Below, in pieces: positions 5,701-14,092 of a DNA stretch of 15,908 nucleotides; positions within the stretch are counted from its first letter, which is position 1, and the number at the start of each line of letters is the position of its first letter. The stretch comes from Longivirga aurantiaca (GTDB taxonomy: Bacteria > Actinomycetota > Actinomycetes > S36-B12 > CAIYMF01): NCBI RefSeq assembly GCF_042660085.1, contig NZ_JBHSTI010000039.1, positions 1 to 15,908 on the forward strand, in the 5' to 3' direction. A program made the position numbers and the translations under genes. A model generated the notes under the pieces. The model saw nothing but the letters and a program-made list of their open reading frames with translations, had not been told where the DNA came from and searched no databases.

Positions 5701-7350
5701 TCAGGACGCGGGACCGCTCCGCAGGGCTGTGAGCGTCTGCCATGCGCGGGTGGCGAGCTGGAGGTTGAAGAACACCTCGGGGTCGGACAGGTCCAGGCCG
5801 GAGATCTGCCGGATGCGCTGCAGCCGGTACTTGAGGGTGTTGCGGTGCACGATCAGCGACCCGGCGGTCGCGACGTAGTTGCCGACGTGCTGCAGGTAGT
5901 GCATGAGCGTGCGCACCAGCTCGGAGTTGCGCTTCTCGTCGTACTCCAGCAGCGAGCCGATCCAGCGCTGGATGAACCGCTCGACCTCCCCGAGGTCTTC
6001 GGCGCCGACGAGGAGCCGGTAGACCCCGAGGTCGTCGAAGCGCACAGCCTGGTCGGACCACTCCGCCGAGCGCATGAGCTGCAGGGCCAGGCGCGACTGC
6101 CGGAACGACTGCGGGAAGTCCGAGACGGCTCCGCACTCCTCCCCTACGGCGAGGCGCACGCTCGCGCCGCCGAGGCCGCGGATGATTGACTGTCGCAGCG
6201 CCTCCCAGTCCGACTCCCGGTCGGCAAGGAGCACCACCTGCGAGCCACGGGCCACCAGCAGGCTGCCCGCGCCCTCGTCCCTCGCCGCGATGCGCACGGC
6301 TTGGAACAGCGCGTCGATCCCGATGCTGCCGCGACCACCCTCGACCAGCACGACCCGGTGCGGCCGCTGCAGGTCGTAGCCGAGAGCGGCAGCGCGGGCC
6401 AGCGCGCTCTCCTCCTCCGTGCCGTTGAGCAGCTCGTCCACCAGGTCGCGACGTACGCGGAGCTCGCTCTCGGCGAGGCTGCGCACGCGGGCGAGCTCCA
6501 TCGCCAGGATGGTGGCCCCGTGCTCGAGCGCCATCACGTCGTGCTCGCCGGCCTGACCTCCCGGGTCGACGAGGCTGATCACGCCGAGGACGTCGCCCTG
6601 CGGGTGCGCCAGGGCGATCAGGCTGCCCCCCTCGCGAATGGGGCGGTTGGACGCGCGAGCGCGGCGCAGCAGGTCCTCGCGCCTGCGGGCGGAATCCTTG
6701 GGATACGGCTCCGGCCGCTGCGGACCGGCCCACGCCTTGAGGTTGCCGTACCGGTCCTCGATGGCGACCGGCAGACCCGTGAGCTCGTGCACAGCGCGGG
6801 CGATGCCGTCGCGACCTTCGCCCGAGACAGCGACGGCGGTCAGCCGGTCGTGGATCTCGATGCTGCGCTCGAGGGCGCCGAGGGATCCGCGCAGCCGCTC
6901 GTTGACCTCCGAGAGCTCCTCGGCCGCAGCGAGCTCCTGTGCGTGCAGATGCCGGTTGGCCAGCGCTGCGCCCGTCTGCTGCGCCAGCGCGCGCAGCAGG
7001 AACTGCTCCTCGCTCGTCGGTTCCTCGTCGGCCGCGACGACGAGGACGCCGAAGCGTCCGGGAGGGCTCCCCAGCGGGTAGCCCCAGCCCCAGGCGGCGC
7101 CGCTCACCTCGACCGGCCCGCCCACCGGCCCGTTGCCGGTCGTCGTGCGGTCCAGGCCGGCGTGCTCGCCCGGCTCCAACGACGCCACCCGGCAACGAGC
7201 CAGCGACGGGACGGCCGTCATCGCGAGCTCGAGGATCTGACGTTCACCCGAGCTCTCGGTCATGAGCTGCCCCAGCACGAGCAGGCTGCGCATGGTGGAG
7301 AGCAGCCCACGCCCGAGCTGGTCCGAGACCTCCAGCTCGGGCCCGGTCAT
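5701..7350 (-). CDS. PucR/CdaR-family transcriptional regulator with an N-terminal GAF-like sensory region (549 aa)
   Basis: The C-terminal PucR-type HTH is 'YVATAGSLIVHRNTLKYRLQRIRQISGLDL'. Central region: 'RRDLVDELLNG...' plus a PucR GGDEF-like segment. The N-terminal GAF-like part is followed by a coiled-coil-like stretch, 'AAEELSEVNERLRGSLGALERS'. I chose the start ATG at 7350 (MTGPELEV...) because it forms an ATGA overlap with the MEDS gene stop (7347-7349). The 155 upstream codons in the track ORF are shadow sequence overlapping that gene. Confidence 0.9.
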   Translation of the reverse strand: MTGPELEVSDQLGRGLLSTMRSLLVLGQLMTESSGERQILELAMTAVPSLARCRVASLEPGEHAGLDRTTTGNGPVGGPVEVSGAAWGWGYPLGSPPGRFGVLVVAADEEPTSEEQFLLRALAQQTGAALANRHLHAQELAAAEELSEVNERLRGSLGALERSIEIHDRLTAVAVSGEGRDGIARAVHELTGLPVAIEDRYGNLKAWAGPQRPEPYPKDSARRREDLLRRARASNRPIREGGSLIALAHPQGDVLGVISLVDPGGQAGEHDVMALEHGATILAMELARVRSLAESELRVRRDLVDELLNGTEEESALARAAALGYDLQRPHRVVLVEGGRGSIGIDALFQAVRIAARDEGAGSLLVARGSQVVLLADRESDWEALRQSIIRGLGGASVRLAVGEECGAVSDFPQSFRQSRLALQLMRSAEWSDQAVRFDDLGVYRLLVGAEDLGEVERFIQRWIGSLLEYDEKRNSELVRTLMHYLQHVGNYVATAGSLIVHRNTLKYRLQRIRQISGLDLSDPEVFFNLQLATRAWQTLTALRSGPAS

Positions 7351-7958
7351 GCCGCCGGGTCGTCTTCCGGTTCGACGTACCACGGGTTCTCGAGCACCTG
7401 GCCCGACATCAGGACCTTGGGGTGCGTCTTGAGCATCTCCATGAGGATCCTGCCGTCGGTGAACCGCTCGAGGTCGTACAGGCACAGGATCACCTGCGGA
7501 TACCTCGGCAGGAACCGGTTGAGCCGAGCCTCGTAGCGCACCAGCTGGTCGACCCCGGGCATGTCGCGCAGGGCCCACGTCATCTCGCCCACGGACCGCA
7601 CGAAGGGGAACCCGCCCGGGCCGACGGCTTGGCCGACGTTCGACTCCCAGAAGTCGAGCATGCGCCCGGTCGAGAAGTGCCCCTCGGACAGGTACGCCTT
7701 GTCGCTGCTCAGCAGCTCGAGCTGTCCGGTGAGCAGTGCGCTCTCGATGTCGAGGACGAGCGAGAGCGGGTTGGTCACCTGCTCGACGTCGGGATCGTCC
7801 ATCACCGCGATGCACTTGTGCCCCTCGACGAGGCCGTCACGCAGGAAGGGGAGCAGCACCTCGTCGCGCTGGTCGCGTCCGCGGTAGAACGCGCAGATGT
7901 GATCGCCCGGGGCGATGGCCACGCCCGGTCGATCGAGCGCGAAGGGGATCGTCGTCAT
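7347..7958 (-). CDS. Stand-alone MEDS-domain protein (predicted small-molecule sensor domain, DcmR-type)
   Basis: 203 aa. The N-terminal pattern 'GDHICAFYRGRDQRDEVLLPFLRDGLVEGHKCIAV' matches the remembered MEDS signature (H-x-C-x-F-Y ... P-F-l-x-x-G-L-x-x-G-e-x-C). GGGAG lies 8 nt upstream of the ATG at 7958, which is 13 nt after the aldehyde dehydrogenase stop. Confidence 0.75.
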   Translation of the reverse strand: MTTIPFALDRPGVAIAPGDHICAFYRGRDQRDEVLLPFLRDGLVEGHKCIAVMDDPDVEQVTNPLSLVLDIESALLTGQLELLSSDKAYLSEGHFSTGRMLDFWESNVGQAVGPGGFPFVRSVGEMTWALRDMPGVDQLVRYEARLNRFLPRYPQVILCLYDLERFTDGRILMEMLKTHPKVLMSGQVLENPWYVEPEDDPAA

Positions 7959-7971
7959 CGATCAGCTCCCG

Positions 7972-9354
7972 TCATCGGCCGTACTTGTCGAAGTGTGCGG
8001 CGAACAGGGACTCTGCGTCGACCCGGCGCGTCACCGACGGCCTGGAGACCCAGGTGAGGTTGACGAAGTGCCGGGCGTTCACGTTCTCGGTCGTGATCCC
8101 GCCGCCCCACGTCCCGCACGACAGGCTCAGGGTGAACGGGAGACCGTTGCGTGCGCTCCCCGCACCCTCGTTGAGGTTCTGGTTGACCAGCACGCGCGCG
8201 GTCTTGGTGCCGAACGCCAGCGCGTCGACGTGGGCGTCGCTGGTCGTGTGGATGCCGCAGGTGTGCCCCAGGCCCTGGTAGCCGGTGATGGCGTTGACCT
8301 GGGCGACCGCGTTGTCGATCGCGCCAGAGTAGCGGTACAGGGCGAGCACGACGGAGAGCTTCTCGCCGCTGAACGGGTGGTCGTGACCGACCCCGTCCTC
8401 GTGCACGATGAGGAACGTGGTCGAGGCGGGTACGTCGATCCCGGCGAGTGCCGCGATGTGCGGAGCCGACTTCGCGATGACGTCGGGCGTGGGGATCTCT
8501 CCGCCGTCGGGCCACATCGCGGCCTGGAGGGCAGCCTTCTGGTCGTCGTCGCAGACGTGCCCGCCGGCGGCCGTCAGCCGCGCCACGAGGTCGTCGTAGA
8601 CCGAGTCGTGGGCCACGACCGAGTTGTCCGCGAGGCAGCTCGTCGCGTAGTCGAAGGTCTTGGCCGCCACGATGGCGGCGGCAGCGTCGGCGAGGTCTGC
8701 GGTCTCGTCGACGACGTGGACCGCGTTGCCGACGCCGACCCCGAACGCCGGGGTGCCGGAGCTGTACGCCGCCTTGACCATGCCCGCACCGCCCGTCGCC
8801 ACGATGAGGTCGACCTGGTGCATGAGCTCCTGGGTGTACGCGATCTTGGCCTCGGGCAGGACCTGCACGAGGTCCGCCGGTGCCCCGACCTGCTCGCACG
8901 CCTCCCGCATGAAGCCCACGACGGCGTCGGTCGTGCGCTTGCTGCGCGGGTGCGCGGCGAACACGATCGCGTTGCGGCCGGCCAGGGCGCAGAGCGCCTT
9001 GACGGGCGGAGTGGCGTCCGGGCCCGTCGTCGGGACGAGGCCGGCGACGACACCCACGGGCTTGGCGATCTTCACCAGACCGCGAGCCGGGTCCTCCTCG
9101 ACGATGCCCACGGTCGGCGTCTCGCGCAGGTCGGAGAGCACCCCGAGCACGCGCCGCTCGATCTTGGTGACCTTGTCCTCGTAGTTCCCGAAGCCGGCCT
9201 CGTCGACGGCGAGCCGGGCGAGCGCCTCCGCGCGGTCCTTGCGGGCCACGGCGTACGCGACCGCGGTCGTCAGCTCGTGGACGCGGTCGGCGTCCCACTC
9301 GGCGATCTCGGACTGCGCAGCGCGGGCGCGCGCTACGACCTCGGCCACCTCCAC
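7972..9354 (-). CDS. CoA-acylating aldehyde dehydrogenase (SucD/SauS/EutE-like branch of the ALDH superfamily)
   Basis: 460 aa. GTG start at 9354 with AGGAG 6-7 nt upstream. Blocks 'IVATGGAGMVKAAYSSGTPAFGVGVGN', 'TFDYATSCLADNSVV' (candidate catalytic Cys), 'GLGHTCGIHT' and 'LSCGTWGGGITTENV' parallel the Clostridium kluyveri SucD-type acylating enzymes as I remember them. Confidence 0.85.
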   Translation of the reverse strand: MEVAEVVARARAAQSEIAEWDADRVHELTTAVAYAVARKDRAEALARLAVDEAGFGNYEDKVTKIERRVLGVLSDLRETPTVGIVEEDPARGLVKIAKPVGVVAGLVPTTGPDATPPVKALCALAGRNAIVFAAHPRSKRTTDAVVGFMREACEQVGAPADLVQVLPEAKIAYTQELMHQVDLIVATGGAGMVKAAYSSGTPAFGVGVGNAVHVVDETADLADAAAAIVAAKTFDYATSCLADNSVVAHDSVYDDLVARLTAAGGHVCDDDQKAALQAAMWPDGGEIPTPDVIAKSAPHIAALAGIDVPASTTFLIVHEDGVGHDHPFSGEKLSVVLALYRYSGAIDNAVAQVNAITGYQGLGHTCGIHTTSDAHVDALAFGTKTARVLVNQNLNEGAGSARNGLPFTLSLSCGTWGGGITTENVNARHFVNLTWVSRPSVTRRVDAESLFAAHFDKYGR

Positions 9355-9383
9355 GGGGATCTCCTGACGGTCAGCGCGTCGCC

Positions 9384-9426
9384 GGGGGCGTCGCGGGGCG
9401 GGGCTGGGACGGGGCTGGGCTGGGGG
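9384..9426 (+). repeat. G-tract cluster: seven runs of G3-G5 separated by 1-3 nt, including GGGGCTGGG twice at 11-nt spacing. This is a G-quadruplex-capable motif on the plus strand.
   Basis: G runs at 9384-9388, 9395-9398, 9400-9403, 9406-9408, 9411-9414, 9417-9419 and 9422-9426. GGGGCTGGG occurs at 9400-9408 and 9411-9419. The cluster lies 30-72 nt upstream of the aldehyde dehydrogenase start, on the template strand for that gene. Confidence 0.7.
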
Positions 9427-9500
9427 TCTCGAGGGTCGATTCCCGGGGTGTGCCTGGGTCGGCTCGTTAAGCGGAAGTTACGGCGCAGGGCTCCGGGAAA

Positions 9501-9521
9501 CCTCGTCCTGATGGGACGAAG
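9501..9521 (-). terminator. Weak terminator- or attenuator-like hairpin 7 nt after the acyl-CoA synthetase stop
   Basis: Minus-strand RNA: CUUCGUCC-CAUCA-GGACGAGG followed by UUUCCC. The stem is 8 bp including one G-U pair, and the U tract is only 3 nt, so termination would be partial at best. Confidence 0.25.
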
Positions 9522-9527
9522 ATCCGG

Positions 9528-11585
9528 TCACCACTGGTCCCGAACGCGTGCCGAGCTGCCGCCCGGCAGCAGCTTCCAGTCGACGGCGACCGCCGCCTGT
9601 GCGGAGACCAGCACGGGGTTGAGGTCGAGGGCCGCGACGTCGGGCAGGCCGACGAGAGCGTCGCCGGCGGCGACCAGCAGCCGGGCCAGGGCCTCGAGGT
9701 CGGCCGGTTCCTGGCCGCGCCCCCCGGCCAGCACCGCGTGGATCCGGAGCCCGGCGACGAGCTCGCGCGCGTCGTCCAGCCCGAGGGGGGCCAGGGCGAA
9801 CGCGGTGTCGTCCAGGGTCTCCACCCAGATCCCGCCGGCACCCACCATCACCACCGGCCCGAAGTCGGGGTCGCGCACGGCGCCGACCGCCACCTCGACG
9901 CCCGCGAGCTGCGGCGAGACCAGCACCGTGGGCGAGCGCAGCAGCAGCTCGGCTGCCGCGGCGCGCACCTCGGCGCGGTCGCTCAGACCGAGGCGTACGC
10001 CGTCGAGCTCGGTCCGGTGCGCCGCCCGCCCGACCTTCACCACGGCGGGGAACGACGCGGCTTGCTCCGCCTCCTCCGCCGTGCGGCACTCGACCGAGGC
10101 CACGACCTCGACGCCGAACCCGCGCAGCAGGCGAGCAGCCGCCTCGGGGTCGGTGACGTCGACGTCGGGGCCCGGCGTCGAGCCCGGAGCGGTCCTGGGC
10201 GCTGCAGACCCGCGCGCGAGGCGGTCGCGGGCGCGAGCGGCCCGGCGAGCCAGCCCGAGCGCCCGGGCCGCTCGCGGCGGCCAGGGCAGCACGGGCACGC
10301 CCGCGCCCTGGAGCTCACGGGCCAGGTCGTCCGCGGACCGAGGCGCCACCCAGCAGACGTGCACCGGCACGGCGACCCCGTCGGCGCGCAGCGCCTGGAC
10401 CGCGGCTGCGACGCCCTGCACGGTGGCGGGGTCGGTGGCCGACCGCTGCAGGAGCACGGCCACCACGGCGTCCACCTCCCCGGAGCGGGCGAGCAGGTCG
10501 ACGAGCGCCGGGTAGATGGTCGGGAACAGCGACCAGGCGGTCGTCACGTCGACCGGGTTGACGGGCGAGGCGTAGGCCGGGAGCAGCGCGCGGACGCGTT
10601 CCTGGAGCGCCGGGCTCAGCGCGGGCACGGCGAGGCCTTCGTCGGCGAGCAGGTCGGCGAGCTCGACGCCGGTGCCGCCGCTGTTGGTGATGATGGCGAC
10701 CCGGTCGCCCGCCGGCAGCGGTTGGCCGTCGACGGCGCGCGCGGCGTCGAGCAGCTCCTGGCCGCTGCGCACCTCGACGAGTCCCGCCTGGTGCAGCGCA
10801 CCCCGCCACACGGCCGCGCTCGACGCCAGCGCAGCGGTGTGCGACGTCGCCGCCCTCGCTCCGGCCTCGGACCTGCCGGTCTTGAGGACGAACACCGGCA
10901 CCCGGGCAGCCACGGCCCGCGCGGTCGCCATCAGCTCCCTGCCGTCGGCGACCGACTCGAGCAGCATGCACACGGTGGTGGTCGCGGGATCCTCGCCGAG
11001 CGCCTCGAGGAGTTCCGCGACGCTGACGTCGGACGTGTTGCCCGGGGCGCACACCTTGGCGAAGCGCACGTGCTCCTCGTGCGCGAGGTCGTGCACCGCC
11101 ATCCCGTACGCGCCGGACTGGCTCACGACCGAGATGCCGCCGCCGCCGACGGGCGTTCCGCGCGCGATCGAGGCGTTCAGCGGGAGGTCGCAGTTCTGCA
11201 CGCCGAAGCAGTTGGGCCCCACGACGCGCACCCGGGAACCACCCTCGGGGGCGGCCGCGCGCAGCATCTCCTCCTGCAGCAGGGCACCGTCGGGCCCCGA
11301 CTCCGCGAACCCGCCCGAGAGCACGATCATCGCCGTGACGCCGGCGGCCGCGGCGTCGGCCGCCACCTGCGGTGCGGCGGCCGCGGGGACGGCGACGACG
11401 GCCAGGTCGACCGGCACCCCCAGGTCGCGGAGCGACTCCCCCGCCCGCACCGGCAGCACCTCCCCCGGGAACGACGCGAGGTTGGCTGCGAGCAGGGCAC
11501 CGAGGCTGCCCGGCCGGTCCGAGGCTCCGACCAGAGCGATCCGCTTCGGTGCGAACAGCGCCTCCAGCAGCCGTCCGTCGCTCAT
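9528..11585 (-). CDS. ADP-forming (NDP-forming) acyl-CoA synthetase, fused alpha/beta type: CoA-binding, succinyl-CoA-ligase-like and ATP-grasp domains
   Basis: 685 aa from the ATG at 11585 (MSDGRLLEALFAPKRIALVGASDRPGSLG...), which forms an ATGA overlap with the upstream gene stop. There is a candidate phosphohistidine loop 'ATSHTAALASS' and a C-terminal ATP-grasp-like region ('FPAVVKVGRAAHRTELDGVRLGL', 'GIWVETLDDTAFALAPL'). The 125 upstream codons in the track ORF are shadow sequence. Confidence 0.85.
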   Translation of the reverse strand: MSDGRLLEALFAPKRIALVGASDRPGSLGALLAANLASFPGEVLPVRAGESLRDLGVPVDLAVVAVPAAAAPQVAADAAAAGVTAMIVLSGGFAESGPDGALLQEEMLRAAAPEGGSRVRVVGPNCFGVQNCDLPLNASIARGTPVGGGGISVVSQSGAYGMAVHDLAHEEHVRFAKVCAPGNTSDVSVAELLEALGEDPATTTVCMLLESVADGRELMATARAVAARVPVFVLKTGRSEAGARAATSHTAALASSAAVWRGALHQAGLVEVRSGQELLDAARAVDGQPLPAGDRVAIITNSGGTGVELADLLADEGLAVPALSPALQERVRALLPAYASPVNPVDVTTAWSLFPTIYPALVDLLARSGEVDAVVAVLLQRSATDPATVQGVAAAVQALRADGVAVPVHVCWVAPRSADDLARELQGAGVPVLPWPPRAARALGLARRAARARDRLARGSAAPRTAPGSTPGPDVDVTDPEAAARLLRGFGVEVVASVECRTAEEAEQAASFPAVVKVGRAAHRTELDGVRLGLSDRAEVRAAAAELLLRSPTVLVSPQLAGVEVAVGAVRDPDFGPVVMVGAGGIWVETLDDTAFALAPLGLDDARELVAGLRIHAVLAGGRGQEPADLEALARLLVAAGDALVGLPDVAALDLNPVLVSAQAAVAVDWKLLPGGSSARVRDQW

Positions 11586-12394
11586 CCGGCCGTGCCGAAC
11601 CGGCGGGCGAGCTCCTGCTCGGAGAACTCCGACCGACGCACGCCGAGCGGGTCGACCGCGCGCACCTCGGCGAGCTCCTGCGGGGTCGGCTCGTCGACGA
11701 CGGCGAGGTCCTGCGCGACGACGAGCTCGAAGCCCGTGGTGCGCTCGATCTCCTCGAGATCGACGTCGGGGAACCGCGCCACCAGCCGTGCGCGGCCCTC
11801 GACGTAGTCGAAGACGCCGAGCTCGGTCACGAGCCACTCCGGACCGCCGCCCGAGTGCCCGAGCTGCTCGCGGGTGCCTGCTGGTGTGACGTGCCCCAGG
11901 TCGGTGAGGAAGTCCAGCTGCTCGACGAGGGTGCGGCCGCTGCGATGACGCGTGGTCCACAGCGTGAGCGCGCCGATGGTCGCCGAGATGTTCGCCCCGC
12001 CACCGCCTCCGCCGAGCTTGATCTTCGGTCGCGCCATGCCGCCGATGGCCGTGACGTTCGTGTTGCCGTGCGCGTCGATCTGCCCACCTGACAGGAACAT
12101 CCGGTCGACGTCACCGCGGCACGCGGCGTCGAAGAACTCGTCGAAACGCATGCGGTACGTCGCGTCCCGGTGCAGCGCCAGGTCGTTGCCGGTCGGGGGC
12201 ACGAAGGCCGGCTCGGGGTTGACCGCGTACGTCGCCCCCTCGATCAGCATTGACCCGGGAGCATGCGTGCGACGGGCGACGTGCATCGCGACCTGGGCGC
12301 ACGGGCTCGCGAACCCGTGGAACACCACCTCGCGGTCGACGATCGTGCGCGCGAGGGTGACGACGAACCACTCGTCCAGCGTCCAGCCACTCAT
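11582..12394 (-). CDS. CoA-transferase subunit B (family I, glutaconate-CoA-transferase-like beta subunit)
   Basis: 270 aa from the ATG at 12394 (MSGWTLDEWFVVTLARTIVDREVVFHGFASP...), with an ATGA overlap with the subunit A stop. Also 'MFLSGGQIDAHGNTN' and 'KLGGGGGGANISA', typical of beta subunits. Confidence 0.85.
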   Translation of the reverse strand: MSGWTLDEWFVVTLARTIVDREVVFHGFASPCAQVAMHVARRTHAPGSMLIEGATYAVNPEPAFVPPTGNDLALHRDATYRMRFDEFFDAACRGDVDRMFLSGGQIDAHGNTNVTAIGGMARPKIKLGGGGGGANISATIGALTLWTTRHRSGRTLVEQLDFLTDLGHVTPAGTREQLGHSGGGPEWLVTELGVFDYVEGRARLVARFPDVDLEEIERTTGFELVVAQDLAVVDEPTPQELAEVRAVDPLGVRRSEFSEQELARRFGTAG

Positions 12395-13299
12395 CGGAAC
12401 AGCTCCATCCAGGCCTCGTCCGACGTCGACCACGCGGTGAGCCGCTCCGGCTCGACCAGCGCGAGGTAGGCGTCCTCGCCGGGGAGCACGTAGCGCTCGA
12501 GATACGCCGAGACCGCATCCGGACCGGCCGTCGCCGCTGCGACGTACTCGGCGAGGTGCGGCCGGTCGTACGCGTAGCCCGGGTAGCACGACGACGGGTG
12601 CGCGCCGTAGGGCGCCTCGACGACGGCGGCGACCACGTGGGCGGGCACGGTGACCCCGGCCGCCACGACCTCCTCGGTGCTGACGACGGCGTCGACGGTG
12701 GCGATCACCGCGCGGGACGCGTGGGCGAACCGCTCGTCGAGCACGTACGGCTGGTCGAGATGCAGGTTGCCGGCCGCATCACCGATCGGCGCGTGCAGCA
12801 GTGCGATGTCCGGAGCGAGCGCCGGGACCGCGGCGAGCTCCTGCCCGGTGAACGGGCACGTGACCGTCCCCCACTCCGGGTGCAGGGTCAGCAGGTCGCC
12901 GCCGAGCAGCCCCCGGACGGGGAGGAAGGGCACCCCCATCTCGGCGGCCCGCAGCTGCGTGAGCATGACGACGCACGAGCTCTCGCGCACCTCGACGGCA
13001 CCGCTCTCGGCTCCTCGCCGGAAGGCCGGTGCCAGACCAAGATCCTGCTCGAAGCCCACGTAGGACTCCTCGCACACGCTCACCGCGCCGGCGGCGATGA
13101 GCAGGTCGACGTCGATGCTGTGCGCCGAGCCGACCACGCGCAGCCCTCTGCGGCCCTGCCGCACGAGCTCGCGCACCATGGCCATGGGCAGCCGTGCGCA
13201 CAGACCGCCGCCGAGGGCGACCGTGTCGCCGTCCGAGACGCGAGCCACGGCCTCGGCGAGAGTCGTCCGCTTGTCGACGTCGAGGAAGAAGCGGCTCAT
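12391..13299 (-). CDS. CoA-transferase subunit A (family I, glutaconate-CoA-transferase-like alpha subunit)
   Basis: 302 aa. 'LAEAVARVSDGDTVALGGG' is a typical alpha-subunit N-terminus. Also 'DIALLHAPIGDAAGN' and 'VVEAPYGAHPSSCYPGYAYD'. The start ATG at 13299 is 1 nt after the upstream SDR stop. Confidence 0.85.
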   Translation of the reverse strand: MSRFFLDVDKRTTLAEAVARVSDGDTVALGGGLCARLPMAMVRELVRQGRRGLRVVGSAHSIDVDLLIAAGAVSVCEESYVGFEQDLGLAPAFRRGAESGAVEVRESSCVVMLTQLRAAEMGVPFLPVRGLLGGDLLTLHPEWGTVTCPFTGQELAAVPALAPDIALLHAPIGDAAGNLHLDQPYVLDERFAHASRAVIATVDAVVSTEEVVAAGVTVPAHVVAAVVEAPYGAHPSSCYPGYAYDRPHLAEYVAAATAGPDAVSAYLERYVLPGEDAYLALVEPERLTAWSTSDEAWMELFR

Positions 13300-13300
13300 G

Positions 13301-14092
13301 TCACTGCGCGGTCATGCCGCCGTCGGCGGCGACCACGGAGCCCGTCATGAACGCGGCCTCGTCGCTCGCGAGGAACAGCGCCACCCGGGCGATGTCCGCG
13401 ACGTCGCCGAGCCGTCCGATGGGGTACTTCACGAGGGTGCGCTGGAGGCCGAGGTCGAGGTCGCCGTCGCCGCGGGCGCGGAGCATCGGCTCCATGAGCG
13501 GGGTGTAGACGGTGCCGGGGCAGATGACGTTGGCGCGCACCCCGCGGCCCGCGAGGTCGACGGCCATCGAGCGCGTGAGGGCCACCACCGCGCCCTTGGC
13601 GGCGCAGTAGGCGGCGAAGTTCATCACGCCGACGAGCGCGGCGACCGAGCCCTGGTTGATGATCGAGCCGCCGGGGCCCATGTGGGCCAGGGCGGCCTGC
13701 GTCATGAGGTAGGTGCCCTTGACGTTCACGTCGAAGCAGCGGTCCCAGTCGGCCTCCTCCGCCACGGCGACCGAGCCGCGGGAGTCGACGCCGGCGTTGT
13801 TGTAGACGACGTCGATGCCGCCGAACTCCGCGGCGACGGCGTCCGCTGCCTGCGTGACCTGGGCGGCCTTGGAGACGTCCGCCGTGAGCGCGAGAGCGCG
13901 GCCGCCCGCGGCGGTCACCATCGCGGTGGTCTCCTCGGCCACCGCGCCGTCGCGGTCGAGGACGCCTACGGCGGCCCCCTCCGCGGCGAACAGCAGGGCC
14001 GCGGCGCGGCCGATGCCGGAGCCGGCGCCGGTGATGACGGCGACCTTGCCGGCGAGCCGGCCCGTTCCCTCGTGCGAGTCCGTGGCAGTCAC
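13301..14092 (-). CDS. Short-chain dehydrogenase/reductase (classical SDR)
   Basis: 263 aa from the GTG at 14092, which forms a GTGA overlap with the upstream SDR stop. Cofactor motif 'VITGAGSGIGRA', 'NNAG', and catalytic 'YCAAKGAV' (Y-x3-K). The 144 upstream codons in the track ORF overlap the neighbouring gene and are Arg-rich shadow sequence. Confidence 0.9.
   Translation of the reverse strand: MTATDSHEGTGRLAGKVAVITGAGSGIGRAAALLFAAEGAAVGVLDRDGAVAEETTAMVTAAGGRALALTADVSKAAQVTQAADAVAAEFGGIDVVYNNAGVDSRGSVAVAEEADWDRCFDVNVKGTYLMTQAALAHMGPGGSIINQGSVAALVGVMNFAAYCAAKGAVVALTRSMAVDLAGRGVRANVICPGTVYTPLMEPMLRARGDGDLDLGLQRTLVKYPIGRLGDVADIARVALFLASDEAAFMTGSVVAADGGMTAQ

Noticed and set aside
9466-9500. 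Sigma-70-like internal promoter on the minus strand (GGTTTC-N16-TAACTT) ahead of the aldehyde dehydrogenase
   Set aside because: The -35 match is poor and actinobacterial promoters are degenerate. I mention it only as a possibility within the 9355-9527 finding.
7915-10515. 866-aa plus-strand ORF, with similar long ORFs at 9738-11807 (+), 10672-11889 (+), 5528-7195 (-), 6301-7536 (+), 1551-2672 (+), 338-1429 (+), 2341-3309 (+) and 3639-4538 (+)
   Set aside because: They are Arg/Pro/Gly/Ala-rich low-complexity translations lying antisense to, or out of frame with, genes that have clear family motifs and far better third-position G/C bias. These are the stop-poor shadow frames expected in DNA of about 73% GC.
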